From: an uncultured Methanosarcinales archaeon
Lineage (GTDB): Archaea > Nanobdellota > Nanobdellia > Woesearchaeales > UBA12501
Assembly (NCBI GenBank): GCA_964343705.1
Contig: CAYFJX010000005.1
Coordinates: 66,791-130,790, forward strand
Reading direction: 5' to 3'
DNA: 64,000 nt
In this document: one piece after another, positions 18,995-28,054 of the stretch
Layout: each line of letters opens with the position of its first letter
Position numbering within the stretch: the stretch's first letter is position 1
Position numbers and translations under genes: made by a program
Notes under the pieces: generated by a model
Told to the model about the DNA's origin: nothing
Databases searched by the model: none
The model's input: the letters and a program-made list of their open reading frames with translations, nothing else

Positions 18995-21185
18995 CCAGTC
19001 TCATTTGCCGCAAAAGACGGGCCCTGAAAATAATTGCACCATCAGCATGCTTCATACCATGTTGGTGGAGTGTATCCATAACAAGCTGTTGCTGACTAAT
19101 ATTATGTTGAGGTACATCAAGCAAGAGACCATGTGCTCCGTTGTAATTATTAGTGTTAGCATAGATGATAGCCAATCTTTCATACGCTGCTTCGTGTTGA
19201 TCGTTGCCTGGTTCATTCTTATTGCGCAGCCGTTGTGTTAGAGATGTTGTGTACTCATCTAGCATCTCCTGCGCGCCAAATGCCCGGACAGCCTTGAAAT
19301 AGCTTTGTACTTCTGCGAGGTCTGCTTCATGTAATCTATCCAAGCATTGTTGAAGTTGATATACTGCGTAGGTGTCTAACTCATCGACGGTATCCTTGTG
19401 CAGTTTTAGAGCATCCCTAATTGCAGTGGCACTATCCCCTGGTTTGCCTTCAAACAAACCACCCCAAGAATACGCAACAGTTCTATTTCTTAGTACTACA
19501 GCCTTGTCCCACTCGCCCTGCATGAGCAGGCCAATCATGGCACTATTGTAGATAGCAGGGTCAAAGTCATGTTCACGAACAATTTTTGCGCAGTCATACA
19601 CTGCTTCAGTGTGTCCTTGTTTTGTTTGTTCAATAACCCAATCATGGATAATTGGATTTGCTATATGGCTGCTTAGTATATTTTTTTGTCTTTGCATGAT
19701 GATTTTTAATCCTTGCTTACTAAAATGTTTATAGTGATGAGAAAGCTCCAGCTTACTCCCCTTTTGGTATTTTCTTATAAAACGTGCTATTTGTTGAAGG
19801 CTATGATACTTTGCGTCTTTATGTCTTAGTTGGATGAAACGCGTGCCAAGATAAGCAACAACAGCACCTGCATAAGCAATAGATGGCTGGCCCATTAGTA
19901 GACCTCCTATGAGAGTAGCGGCTGCTGGAATAAGTCCTGGCCAATTACGTGTTCTTAATTTCAAAGCACTGCTCTGTGCAAAAGAAAGACTCTTGTAACG
20001 CTCAGGCCAATCTTTGACAATGGGAGGAAGTCTATCATGTATTTGTTTATTCCAGAAATCAAAATCATTCTCAGGAACTAAATACCGTTCCTGTTGTAGG
20101 GGAACCTTGCTTTTTGTCTCGCCATCAGCAAGCAAAGCCTTTTGTGTTTCAGACCCTGGAAGTTGTTCGCTTGTACCTTGTAGGAGTTTAGTGGTTAAAC
20201 CAACCATTTCAACTGCAAAAGTTCTCATTGCTTCTTCTGAAGGTGCTACCTCATAGATTCCGGTTGTAGGGTTGTAAAAGCCAAGATTACCACCACTTTG
20301 AATAAAAACTTGTTGTATGTTATCTACTGTTTGTGGTCTGTCATGTTGTTCTTCTTGCAAGCATGCTTCAAGTGTTTTCTTTAATGGCTCTGATATGTTT
20401 GGTGCTCGTCGAACATATTTTATTGGATCATAATCATACTGTCCGGGGATATGAAGTGGTGGTTCTATATGTGTTGCGATTGCTTTTGTTGCCAGGGCAA
20501 GGATGTACCAGTCTGTTGCTGTAGTTGTAGGGATAGTGTGAGTGTCATCATCTCTGTTCATATTTTTTCGCTGCTCTGGTGCAAGGTAGTTTGGTTTACC
20601 AATGATTGTTTCACTTCCTGTGCCATGCTGTTTAAGTCGAGCAATGCCAAAGTCTGTGAGCACAACACGGGTGAAGTCAAAGCGATCATACTGTTCAGTA
20701 ACTTCCAACATGATGTTGTGAGGTGTTGGGTCACGATGGTATATTCCTTGCTTGTGTGCAGCTTGGAGTCCGTGAATTGCAGGGAAAAAAAATCGCTCTA
20801 GTTGCTCTGCGGAGAAGTGACTGCCTTCTTTCATAGCTTGCTGAGCAGATATCCCTCTGATAAGTTCCATGAGAATGTGCATTCCAGGACCATAACCAAC
20901 ATCTTCTTTGAAGCTGTCTACATAGCCAACAACATTAGGGTGGGTTATTGCTTTAAGTGCTTGTGCTTCCCGTTCTATCTCTTGCACTTCAGTTGTTTCC
21001 CAATTTGTAATTTTTGAAAAGTCAACAAGTTTGAGTGCGTACTCTTTTCCTGTTTTTCTATCCATAACTTTGTACACAACACCCATGCCTCCACGTCCAA
21101 GTGGCTTGCCAACTCGTTCAAACTGTTCCCATAGTCCTAGTTCTGGATTTCGGATCGTCATTCTTCTATCCTCTGAATAGTGCAC
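18921..21185 (-). CDS. membrane-spanning eukaryotic-like Ser/Thr protein kinase with large C-terminal repeat-rich domain
   Basis: 'GRGGMGVVYKV', 'YALKL', 'YHRDPTPHNIML' (HRD..N), 'DFGIA', 'APEQ'. Hydrophobic stretch 'GLIPAAATLIGGLLMGQPSIAYAGAVVAYLG', then about 330 aa. A likely ATGA start overlap at 21161. Confidence 0.8.
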   Translation of the reverse strand: MHYSEDRRMTIRNPELGLWEQFERVGKPLGRGGMGVVYKVMDRKTGKEYALKLVDFSKITNWETTEVQEIEREAQALKAITHPNVVGYVDSFKEDVGYGPGMHILMELIRGISAQQAMKEGSHFSAEQLERFFFPAIHGLQAAHKQGIYHRDPTPHNIMLEVTEQYDRFDFTRVVLTDFGIARLKQHGTGSETIIGKPNYLAPEQRKNMNRDDDTHTIPTTTATDWYILALATKAIATHIEPPLHIPGQYDYDPIKYVRRAPNISEPLKKTLEACLQEEQHDRPQTVDNIQQVFIQSGGNLGFYNPTTGIYEVAPSEEAMRTFAVEMVGLTTKLLQGTSEQLPGSETQKALLADGETKSKVPLQQERYLVPENDFDFWNKQIHDRLPPIVKDWPERYKSLSFAQSSALKLRTRNWPGLIPAAATLIGGLLMGQPSIAYAGAVVAYLGTRFIQLRHKDAKYHSLQQIARFIRKYQKGSKLELSHHYKHFSKQGLKIIMQRQKNILSSHIANPIIHDWVIEQTKQGHTEAVYDCAKIVREHDFDPAIYNSAMIGLLMQGEWDKAVVLRNRTVAYSWGGLFEGKPGDSATAIRDALKLHKDTVDELDTYAVYQLQQCLDRLHEADLAEVQSYFKAVRAFGAQEMLDEYTTSLTQRLRNKNEPGNDQHEAAYERLAIIYANTNNYNGAHGLLLDVPQHNISQQQLVMDTLHQHGMKHADGAIIFRARLLRQMRLGDDTKKKEIQQAREKLEQLYTFAD

Positions 21186-24100
21186 AAAGTTTGTGTTTCA
21201 TCATTTATGTGAATTCTATAACCAAAGTTTTCTAGGCGCTTTGTTAATGCATCATATTTTGCTTTATTTGGTAACCAGAAACTTGGAGCTGGCCAGTTCT
21301 CACCAGCAAGCAGCCACCATTCAATAGCGTGTTCTGGACTGTTATGAGGTGGCCTCATGAATTGTTGTTGATATTCATTGCATTGTGTTCGTAATGGTCC
21401 TGGAATTTCCAGTTCAAATACTTTGCATGCGTCGACAAATGAGCGAAGTTGGTGAAGCTCCACATCTTCTCCATTATATGTTTCAAGTGCACTTTCTAAA
21501 CACTCGCGAGCAATCCTGTCAATTCTTGTAGTGTTTACACCCTTATGGACTAAGTAATTCTCTTCTGTGTCTTTTGAAGCAATACCTTCATTTGACCGAC
21601 CAGCATAAAGAGGGGGTACTCCATGTTCTACAACACTTAATCGTACATCAAGTGCGAAGTTCCATGCTCCTGACAGTAGTAGCCCATACATAACTGTTTC
21701 ACTTGTTTCAGGCACAACCATGGCTAGGCCAACTGCAGCAATTTGATCTTCATAGACTCCTTTTACAATTTGAGTGGCTGCATAATGCCGTGCAAAAATA
21801 TTTCTGAGTAATCGTCCATGATTATTTTCAATATCATCTAGTATTGGTATCATCTGACTCATGGCATCTAACTTATCTGCGTTTGCTGTATATTGTCTAA
21901 TGCCACGCATACCATTAGGATGACTAACAAAATCACGTATTTTTTGCTCTCGTAGATTTCCTGTTTTTACTTTTCCATGGTTCCAATCATATCTATCAAG
22001 CCATGCTTCCCATGCTTCGCCTTTTGGTGGGGTTAAATATTGTTCTTGTGGAACTTCATTATTGTCGTTGTTTTCTCGTGGCATCAAATCAGGGAACATT
22101 GCTCCTATAAGTCCTATAAGGTGAAACCTTGGTTGTGTTCCTTCCATGTCTTCTCCCATTGCATTATTTTGTAGAAGGGGTTTTTCCTCATCTGTTAGTT
22201 GGTAGATTCTTTCAGTTGGTATGCGCATTTGTTCTGCCCACTCAAGTGGATCTGCTGAAATTCCATGTGCCCATTGTAAGCCAGTTTCTGGTAGCTGGCC
22301 ATACCCACGTGCAATGTTTCTGCCAGTTGCATATATGCGTCCACTATTTCTTCCGACAAGTAATACATTTCTTTGTTCTGGTTCTGAACTTTCATAGTAC
22401 AACATAGCGAGTCTTTCGGTTGCTATGCTATTTTCTACATCAACGGCAGTTGGTGGTGTAATTCCTCGTCGCCGTTCTGCTGCTTCAAGTGATGCCAATC
22501 CTGCAGGTGAGATTGGTGATCTTTGACGTCTTCTGCCTGTTGCTGATGCAGGAATAAAATCAGAAAACTCTCGCTCAATTATTTCTAGGAGTAGTTGTCT
22601 TCTTGGAGATCCAGGTGCTCGTCCTGCACTGTTAGTCCTTTCTAAAAGAGATATCTCATCTCCTTGTAAGCTGTATAATTGTTCATCAGGTATGTTATTA
22701 TCCCTTGCCCAACGTTCAACATTTCGAATACCTGAATAAGAGTACTGCAATCCAAATTCTTCAATTGTTCCTAATTGTGGTCTGATGCCTCTGTCTACTT
22801 CCTCAATCGCATCACCACTTGGGCTGAGGATGAGTATGTTTCTTTCCATAGGTCTTGGTCCAAGAAAGTACACAGCAGCAACATCAGTTCGTGGTTCTGG
22901 TTGTGTTGTTGGAGTTCTTCCTGCTAGTACATCATCAAGTGCACCACCAATATTGTCAGCGTCAATACTTGTACGTTGTTCTCTTCCTGGTTGCTCCAAA
23001 CCTTGTTGACTAAACATATCATTAATCATTCCTGCAACTTCTGTATGGCTTCTTGTAGGATTTAGCAAATCATCATTTAGCCACCCTCGTGGTGTCACAT
23101 GATAGTTATCATCAGTTACTCCCCATCGTTGTTCAATGTTTGTTCTCTCCCGTGCATGAAGAAGCAGGGTGTCATATGATCCAATTGCTGGGTAGCCGCA
23201 GAAGTTGATGTTTCCAATGTACTCCAGTCCTATTTCTTCAATTACTTCTTGTGTTCCTACAATAAGTATTCGTTCAAGGAGCATGTCTGCAAGGATACCA
23301 TGGATTCTTAGATCTCTTTGTGGTGTTGGTGTTGTTGCAACAGCAGGTGTGCTTTGTTCTGTTATAGGCAGTTGTGGTTGAATAAATCTGACAAGCGCAG
23401 CAATATCAGATGGTTCTGATAATCGCGTTCCCAACATTCCAGGTGGTGCAGCAACTCGTTTATAGTTATCTGTATCTCTAAACATATCTCGTGTGCCATT
23501 GGCAACAACTAATCCTTTATAGGGGCCAATATCACGATTGGTAGTTATAATCCCTGCTGGCCCATAGCGTCTCCTCATATTTCTAATTCCTTCTTCATTG
23601 CTAACAATCATGTTGTAACTGGATGTTGAATCTAATAACATGAGGTACTCAGGAGCTTGCGAGTTTACATCTCGTGCAGTTGGCCAATTATCACCAACTA
23701 AATATCTAAATGCGTCAACACCCATGTGTTCGCCTTCTTGCACAACACCATCAACACGAAGCATTGCATCAAGGTCTGCAGGGTCAAGTCTATGCCATCC
23801 TCGTCGTGTGGCAGCAGCTTGTGCACATAACTTAGCAATTAAGGCAGGATTCTCAGGTACTTTGAATTGGTACGCTTCATACACTGCTTGCCAAGTACTT
23901 TGCAAAAGATCAAGAAATGGTCGAGCATGTGTTGTTCGTAAATTCTGTCTAAACTGTGCTTGTGCAACTTCATCAAGAGTTGGGTTTGCAGCAAGTCCAA
24001 GCACCATACTGTCATGCGCGTGAATATTGCTGTGACCCATACGTGTAATCATTAAATCTGCAATTCTTAATTGTGCATAGTGCCATTGCCATTCTTCTAC

Positions 24101-24397
24101 TTGTCGAGGTAATACTGATTTGTTCAAGCCTGTAGCAACTTGTGTTGCTCCTGCACGCATATCTTGGGGTATAGGAGTGTATGATCGTAAATAGTCTTCA
24201 ATAATTGTTTCTACTACTTGGGCATCTCGCTCACGAACACTACCCATTATGTCGCGCACTGTTGTGCTTGGCCCATGTACTTGTAGTCGTAGTGTTCGGA
24301 TAGTGTCATCTACTTTCTTTGCAAGCCAGTCAACATCATTAAGAAATGATGTAGGATTCAAGCCTTTTGCCCTTTTGAGGAAGTCAGTAATGCTCAT
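21158..24397 (-). CDS. giant hypothetical protein (1079 aa), paralogous to the adjacent 866-aa protein
   Basis: Uninterrupted ORF. No signal peptide or TM. Shares block 'WEAWLDRYDWNHGKVKTGN' and a downstream roughly 200-aa region with the 866-aa neighbour. Arg-rich SP-motif linker. Confidence 0.8.
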   Translation of the reverse strand: MSITDFLKRAKGLNPTSFLNDVDWLAKKVDDTIRTLRLQVHGPSTTVRDIMGSVRERDAQVVETIIEDYLRSYTPIPQDMRAGATQVATGLNKSVLPRQVEEWQWHYAQLRIADLMITRMGHSNIHAHDSMVLGLAANPTLDEVAQAQFRQNLRTTHARPFLDLLQSTWQAVYEAYQFKVPENPALIAKLCAQAAATRRGWHRLDPADLDAMLRVDGVVQEGEHMGVDAFRYLVGDNWPTARDVNSQAPEYLMLLDSTSSYNMIVSNEEGIRNMRRRYGPAGIITTNRDIGPYKGLVVANGTRDMFRDTDNYKRVAAPPGMLGTRLSEPSDIAALVRFIQPQLPITEQSTPAVATTPTPQRDLRIHGILADMLLERILIVGTQEVIEEIGLEYIGNINFCGYPAIGSYDTLLLHARERTNIEQRWGVTDDNYHVTPRGWLNDDLLNPTRSHTEVAGMINDMFSQQGLEQPGREQRTSIDADNIGGALDDVLAGRTPTTQPEPRTDVAAVYFLGPRPMERNILILSPSGDAIEEVDRGIRPQLGTIEEFGLQYSYSGIRNVERWARDNNIPDEQLYSLQGDEISLLERTNSAGRAPGSPRRQLLLEIIEREFSDFIPASATGRRRQRSPISPAGLASLEAAERRRGITPPTAVDVENSIATERLAMLYYESSEPEQRNVLLVGRNSGRIYATGRNIARGYGQLPETGLQWAHGISADPLEWAEQMRIPTERIYQLTDEEKPLLQNNAMGEDMEGTQPRFHLIGLIGAMFPDLMPRENNDNNEVPQEQYLTPPKGEAWEAWLDRYDWNHGKVKTGNLREQKIRDFVSHPNGMRGIRQYTANADKLDAMSQMIPILDDIENNHGRLLRNIFARHYAATQIVKGVYEDQIAAVGLAMVVPETSETVMYGLLLSGAWNFALDVRLSVVEHGVPPLYAGRSNEGIASKDTEENYLVHKGVNTTRIDRIARECLESALETYNGEDVELHQLRSFVDACKVFELEIPGPLRTQCNEYQQQFMRPPHNSPEHAIEWWLLAGENWPAPSFWLPNKAKYDALTKRLENFGYRIHINDETQTLCTIQRIEE

Positions 24398-26994
24398 TGT
24401 TCTGACCTCTCAGCAATTCGTTCTTCAATAAATGCTAGCATGGCTTCTTTGTCAGGTAGTGGGTCCCTGTGGTTTCCTACTAATCCTTCTGGCCCAATAA
24501 TGCGATCGTATTTTCGTTCCTGGCCAAGAGTGTGTGCCATCCCTTCTGATACAATAAGTCCATGGTAATCGCCTACTTCACACTGAGTACTCTGTAGTCT
24601 GTTTCTCTGGTAATGTGCTGATAACTCATCAATGAGTGTTTCATTACCAACAATAAGCGCATGGTTTCCTTCTTTCGGATCTACTATGATGTCATACACA
24701 ACTGCTTTTTGCGGTTTTTCAATATATACTAGGCCACCTCCCATGCAAACTTGTAGGCCCATTGGCTTGAGTCTTTCTCTTAATGATCGTGCTTCGGAAA
24801 GCGGGGGGTTTGATGTAATACTATCTGAACTAATTGATACAGTGTTTCCAATAATTAAATTCTCAGCTTCTCCAGAAAGAATTGTAAACTCTGCTGCTCG
24901 TTCATACTGGTTGTTTTCTCTAGCAATACCGTACCTGATTACTGCTTCAGCAGGTTGGTAGCCAAATGTGCGGCAGGTGTCAACATATTTTTGTAAGTCT
25001 TCAAGAGATGCTTCAGCTCTCCTTTCAAACATGTCTGCAAGCACTTCTTGAGCAAGTTTATCAAGCCTTGCAGTCTTATTTGGTCCAAGTGTTTGTATGC
25101 AATAATTATCTTCGTTGTCTTTAGCTTCAATTGCTTTAGGGATAGTACTTACACTGTCGCGGTAACTTGTTTCACTGTTTTGAAGACGAAGACAGCCAGC
25201 TTTGTCTAAGTGCCTTGCACGAATTAATCCTTCAAGTACTGGTTCAAGCATTTCTGGAACATCTGCTGCAAGCTCCATTGCACGTTGATGGTCTCCATCA
25301 ACAATAAGTTTTGCAGCGTAGTGGTTGGCAAGGAATTTGGTTCGTCTAGTGCCTAATTCATATCTTGGGAAAACATCTTTGACAGATTCAGGATTTGTTA
25401 TTCGTAATCGCTCAACCATGTTAGGCAGCTGATCAGAGAATGCTTCTACATTATGATCACTGAAGTTTCCAGTTTTAACTTTTCCTCGGTTCCAGTCGTA
25501 CTTGTCTCGCCATGCTTCCCATTGTCCAATCCCCCTTAGTCGTTCAACTATATTTCGTGCTCTTTTGTAACTAGGTAGGTTTTGATGGTGATTTAATCCA
25601 GTAAGGGTTTGCAGTTCATCGCTGCTTAACACATGTATTTTTTCAGAGGGAGTGCGAATTGCTTCAAGAAATTGTGAAGAAATTCTATCAAAACTAAGTA
25701 GGTAATATTGATGGTGTCTTTGTAGATTGAAATTTCTGACTTCGAAGCTTTGAGCGTAGCTGTGAGTTCTGGACATTTTTCCCTCTATTTCGGGTTTGCA
25801 GTAAAATGTCAGGTCTCCATCTGTTGCATTTTGTGTCACGAAAAGAACCAAGTCATCAAAGCTTGGTCCAAAGTGTTCTTGTATTTTTTGTTTAAGTATC
25901 TCATGTTGTTCTTCTGAAAAACCAGATAGTGTGTCCAAACTTATATTAACACCAAGATTGTCTGCAGTGAACACACGAGGTAGATCAAGCTCTTCTTGTA
26001 CTTGTCGGATCTGGCCAGGGTCTTCTAAAAAAAATACTTGCCGCTTAGCAACTTGTCCCCAGCTTATGTGTCCATTGGGTGGTCCTGCCTGAAGATTATA
26101 GCCAATAAGGTAGGCTTGATCCTCTGCCTCGTTGACAATTAGTCCTTCATACAATAGTTCTAGTGTTGCTGTTTCTACAGGTGCAGCATCAAAACCAGTA
26201 ATAAGGTTTTCAGCAACAGTTCTCAACTGGCCTGGTGTCATTGTTGTACTTCGTGCGCTAAGTTCTATTTCTAATCTCCTAGCTTCAACATCATTTCTAG
26301 CAAAATCTTCTACAGTTTGTGCAATCAATTGAGGGGTGACTTGTAGGCTAGTGGGTTCAGTCCACCCACCTAATGGTTCTTGTGCTTGGATCCTATCAAG
26401 TTCTTCATCTTCACGAACACGCATAACATGGTAAATATCTTCTGCTGTTCCATCACGGAATGCTGAAAAGTTGTGACGTTGTCTCCATCCAATTCGTTGT
26501 AATGCTTCTTCACTTTTGTCACCTTGCCCATTTGCCATAAGCAAAAGATTGATTCCTTCTGCAAGTTCTGCATCTACACCTACAAAAAAGTCGTTTGCAA
26601 ACTTTGCTGCTGCAGCTTTTCTCTCATAATACACTTCCCATCTTTGGCGTTCGTGTTTGCGGCCTGCTACATTGTTTAGAATTGCAAGTTCATGGGGGTC
26701 ACTGGTGTTCCATGCATTATCATTGCGACGCGGTGCGTCTTCAGCAAGGTCTTGATTAAACACTACTTGGTGTGCCCGCATTGCATCAAGATATCCTCCA
26801 ACTGTTTCTTTAACAAGTCGCACGTCCCCATTGCCCTTAAATAAACCCATAAAGTCAAAGTTTGGTCTATCATGTTGGATCAAGCGAAGTGCTGCAATGA
26901 CTTCTTCTGCCAGACTGGTTGTATAGTCAACTGCGTCCAAGAACGAGAACTTGGTGACATTCTCAAGTGTGAGAGGAAGTTCTGGCTTACTCAT
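24394..26994 (-). CDS. giant hypothetical protein (866 aa), paralogue of the 1079-aa protein, with extra C-terminal domain
   Basis: Uninterrupted ORF. Block 'WEAWRDKYDWNRGKVKTGN'. C-terminal about 170 aa with 'VCMGGGLVYI...LIVGNETLIDEL'. ATGA overlap with downstream gene. Confidence 0.8.
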   Translation of the reverse strand: MSKPELPLTLENVTKFSFLDAVDYTTSLAEEVIAALRLIQHDRPNFDFMGLFKGNGDVRLVKETVGGYLDAMRAHQVVFNQDLAEDAPRRNDNAWNTSDPHELAILNNVAGRKHERQRWEVYYERKAAAAKFANDFFVGVDAELAEGINLLLMANGQGDKSEEALQRIGWRQRHNFSAFRDGTAEDIYHVMRVREDEELDRIQAQEPLGGWTEPTSLQVTPQLIAQTVEDFARNDVEARRLEIELSARSTTMTPGQLRTVAENLITGFDAAPVETATLELLYEGLIVNEAEDQAYLIGYNLQAGPPNGHISWGQVAKRQVFFLEDPGQIRQVQEELDLPRVFTADNLGVNISLDTLSGFSEEQHEILKQKIQEHFGPSFDDLVLFVTQNATDGDLTFYCKPEIEGKMSRTHSYAQSFEVRNFNLQRHHQYYLLSFDRISSQFLEAIRTPSEKIHVLSSDELQTLTGLNHHQNLPSYKRARNIVERLRGIGQWEAWRDKYDWNRGKVKTGNFSDHNVEAFSDQLPNMVERLRITNPESVKDVFPRYELGTRRTKFLANHYAAKLIVDGDHQRAMELAADVPEMLEPVLEGLIRARHLDKAGCLRLQNSETSYRDSVSTIPKAIEAKDNEDNYCIQTLGPNKTARLDKLAQEVLADMFERRAEASLEDLQKYVDTCRTFGYQPAEAVIRYGIARENNQYERAAEFTILSGEAENLIIGNTVSISSDSITSNPPLSEARSLRERLKPMGLQVCMGGGLVYIEKPQKAVVYDIIVDPKEGNHALIVGNETLIDELSAHYQRNRLQSTQCEVGDYHGLIVSEGMAHTLGQERKYDRIIGPEGLVGNHRDPLPDKEAMLAFIEERIAERSEQ

Positions 26995-27172
26995 TCTTAC
27001 CTACCTCATCAAGCATTGTGCGAACATCAACTGTGCGCTTACGCTGGTAGTCTAATCGGTTCTTACATCGTGGGCAAGCCTTAGGGCTAGGAACACGGGG
27101 CTTCCAGTTATACTTACAGAATGTACAGAGTGCTTCCTTCTCAGCCATGCTCGTAGTAGTAAAACAGATCAT
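26987..27172 (-). CDS. small zinc-ribbon protein (C-x2-C...C-x2-C)
   Basis: 'CTFCKYNWKPRVPSPKACPRC'. Overlaps the start of the 866-aa gene by 8 nt. Likely start is the internal 'MAEKEAL'. Confidence 0.45.
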   Translation of the reverse strand: MICFTTTSMAEKEALCTFCKYNWKPRVPSPKACPRCKNRLDYQRKRTVDVRTMLDEVGKNE

Positions 27173-27303
27173 TAATAAGCCTTTCTGAAGGGTTTAAATG
27201 GTGCTTTTTCAGTGTATATTCATTTACTATCATTAATTTCCATATGGAAAATAAAGGAACTAAAGCTAAAAAACCCATAAAAAAACAAGAAAAAAAAGAA
27301 AAC

Positions 27304-27447
27304 CTAAGCTTCTGCTTCAGGTACCTTGAGTCTATCAACGCAAGGGTTACAATAGATTTCAGACGGTTTAGCATTAATCATCTTATCCTTACACCGTCTA
27401 CAATAAGAAATTTTCTTAAATCCACTAATTCTTTGAAATGCAGCCAT
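27304..27447 (-). CDS. small zinc-ribbon protein (47 aa; below ORF-track cutoff)
   Basis: My translation of the minus strand gives 'MAAFQRISGFKKISYCRRCKDKMINAKPSEIYCNPCVDRLKVPEAEA'. It is the first gene of the minus-strand operon. Confidence 0.4.
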   Translation of the reverse strand: MAAFQRISGFKKISYCRRCKDKMINAKPSEIYCNPCVDRLKVPEAEA

Positions 27448-27461
27448 ATTTTCCTACCTCA

Positions 27462-27474
27462 GCAATATTTTTAG
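27462..27474 (-). promoter_or_regulatory. putative archaeal TATA box (aaaaatatt) about 20-28 nt upstream of the first ATG of the operon (leaderless-type)
   Basis: AT-rich box on the minus strand at a suitable distance from ATG 27447. Followed by a 250-bp non-coding region. Confidence 0.3.
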
Positions 27475-27700
27475 TGGGCAAAAGAACACGCCTCTCAGCT
27501 TTTACTCACAGACAATATTAAGCACATTGTTGTCTGTTCGTAATAGTAAAGGTTGTTTGATTTATTTGTCCTTTACTAAAAAGAAACATAAAACCTTTGC
27601 TCCCTAACAAATGAAGTAGGGGGTAGTATATAAACTTTGCGTAGATATTAAGTATTATGAGCTCATTTTTGGCCTAAATAGGCGATTTTGTACATGTTTC

Positions 27701-28054
27701 CTAAACATGCCCTTGCAGCTTATCCTTTAATTGCTCTTTAGGCAGTGCACCCACTATTCTATCTACTTCTTTGCCATCTTTGAAGATGATCAAGCAAGGA
27801 ATGCTCATCACACCGTACTGGCCAGCTGTTTCTTGATTGTTTTGCACATCTAGCTTGTAGAAAGTCATGCCTTCAATCTCCTTTGATAATTCTTCAAATA
27901 CTGGTCCGAGCTGTTTGCAAGGCATACACCATTCTGCCCAGAAGTCCACTACTACAGTGCCTTCACTTACTTTTTGCTGGAACGTTTCTTTTGTCAGTTC
28001 TTGTACCACTTTTTCCACCCCATGCTCTTGTTCGTGTTGGACCTTTGTAACCAA
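27701..28054 (-). CDS. thioredoxin
   Basis: 'VVDFWAEWCMPCKQLGP' (WCxPC active site). About 105-aa Trx fold. Annotated start is TTG and overlaps the upstream gene, so the true start is uncertain. Confidence 0.78.
   Translation of the reverse strand: MVTKVQHEQEHGVEKVVQELTKETFQQKVSEGTVVVDFWAEWCMPCKQLGPVFEELSKEIEGMTFYKLDVQNNQETAGQYGVMSIPCLIIFKDGKEVDRIVGALPKEQLKDKLQGHV

Noticed and set aside
22129-22407. Plus-strand ORFs inside the giant minus-strand genes (also 22785..23009, 23640..24023, 24632..24961, 26132..26332)
   Set aside because: They are antisense shadow ORFs fully contained in long, motif-bearing minus-strand CDSs. Their composition is biased (Ser/Cys/Arg-rich).
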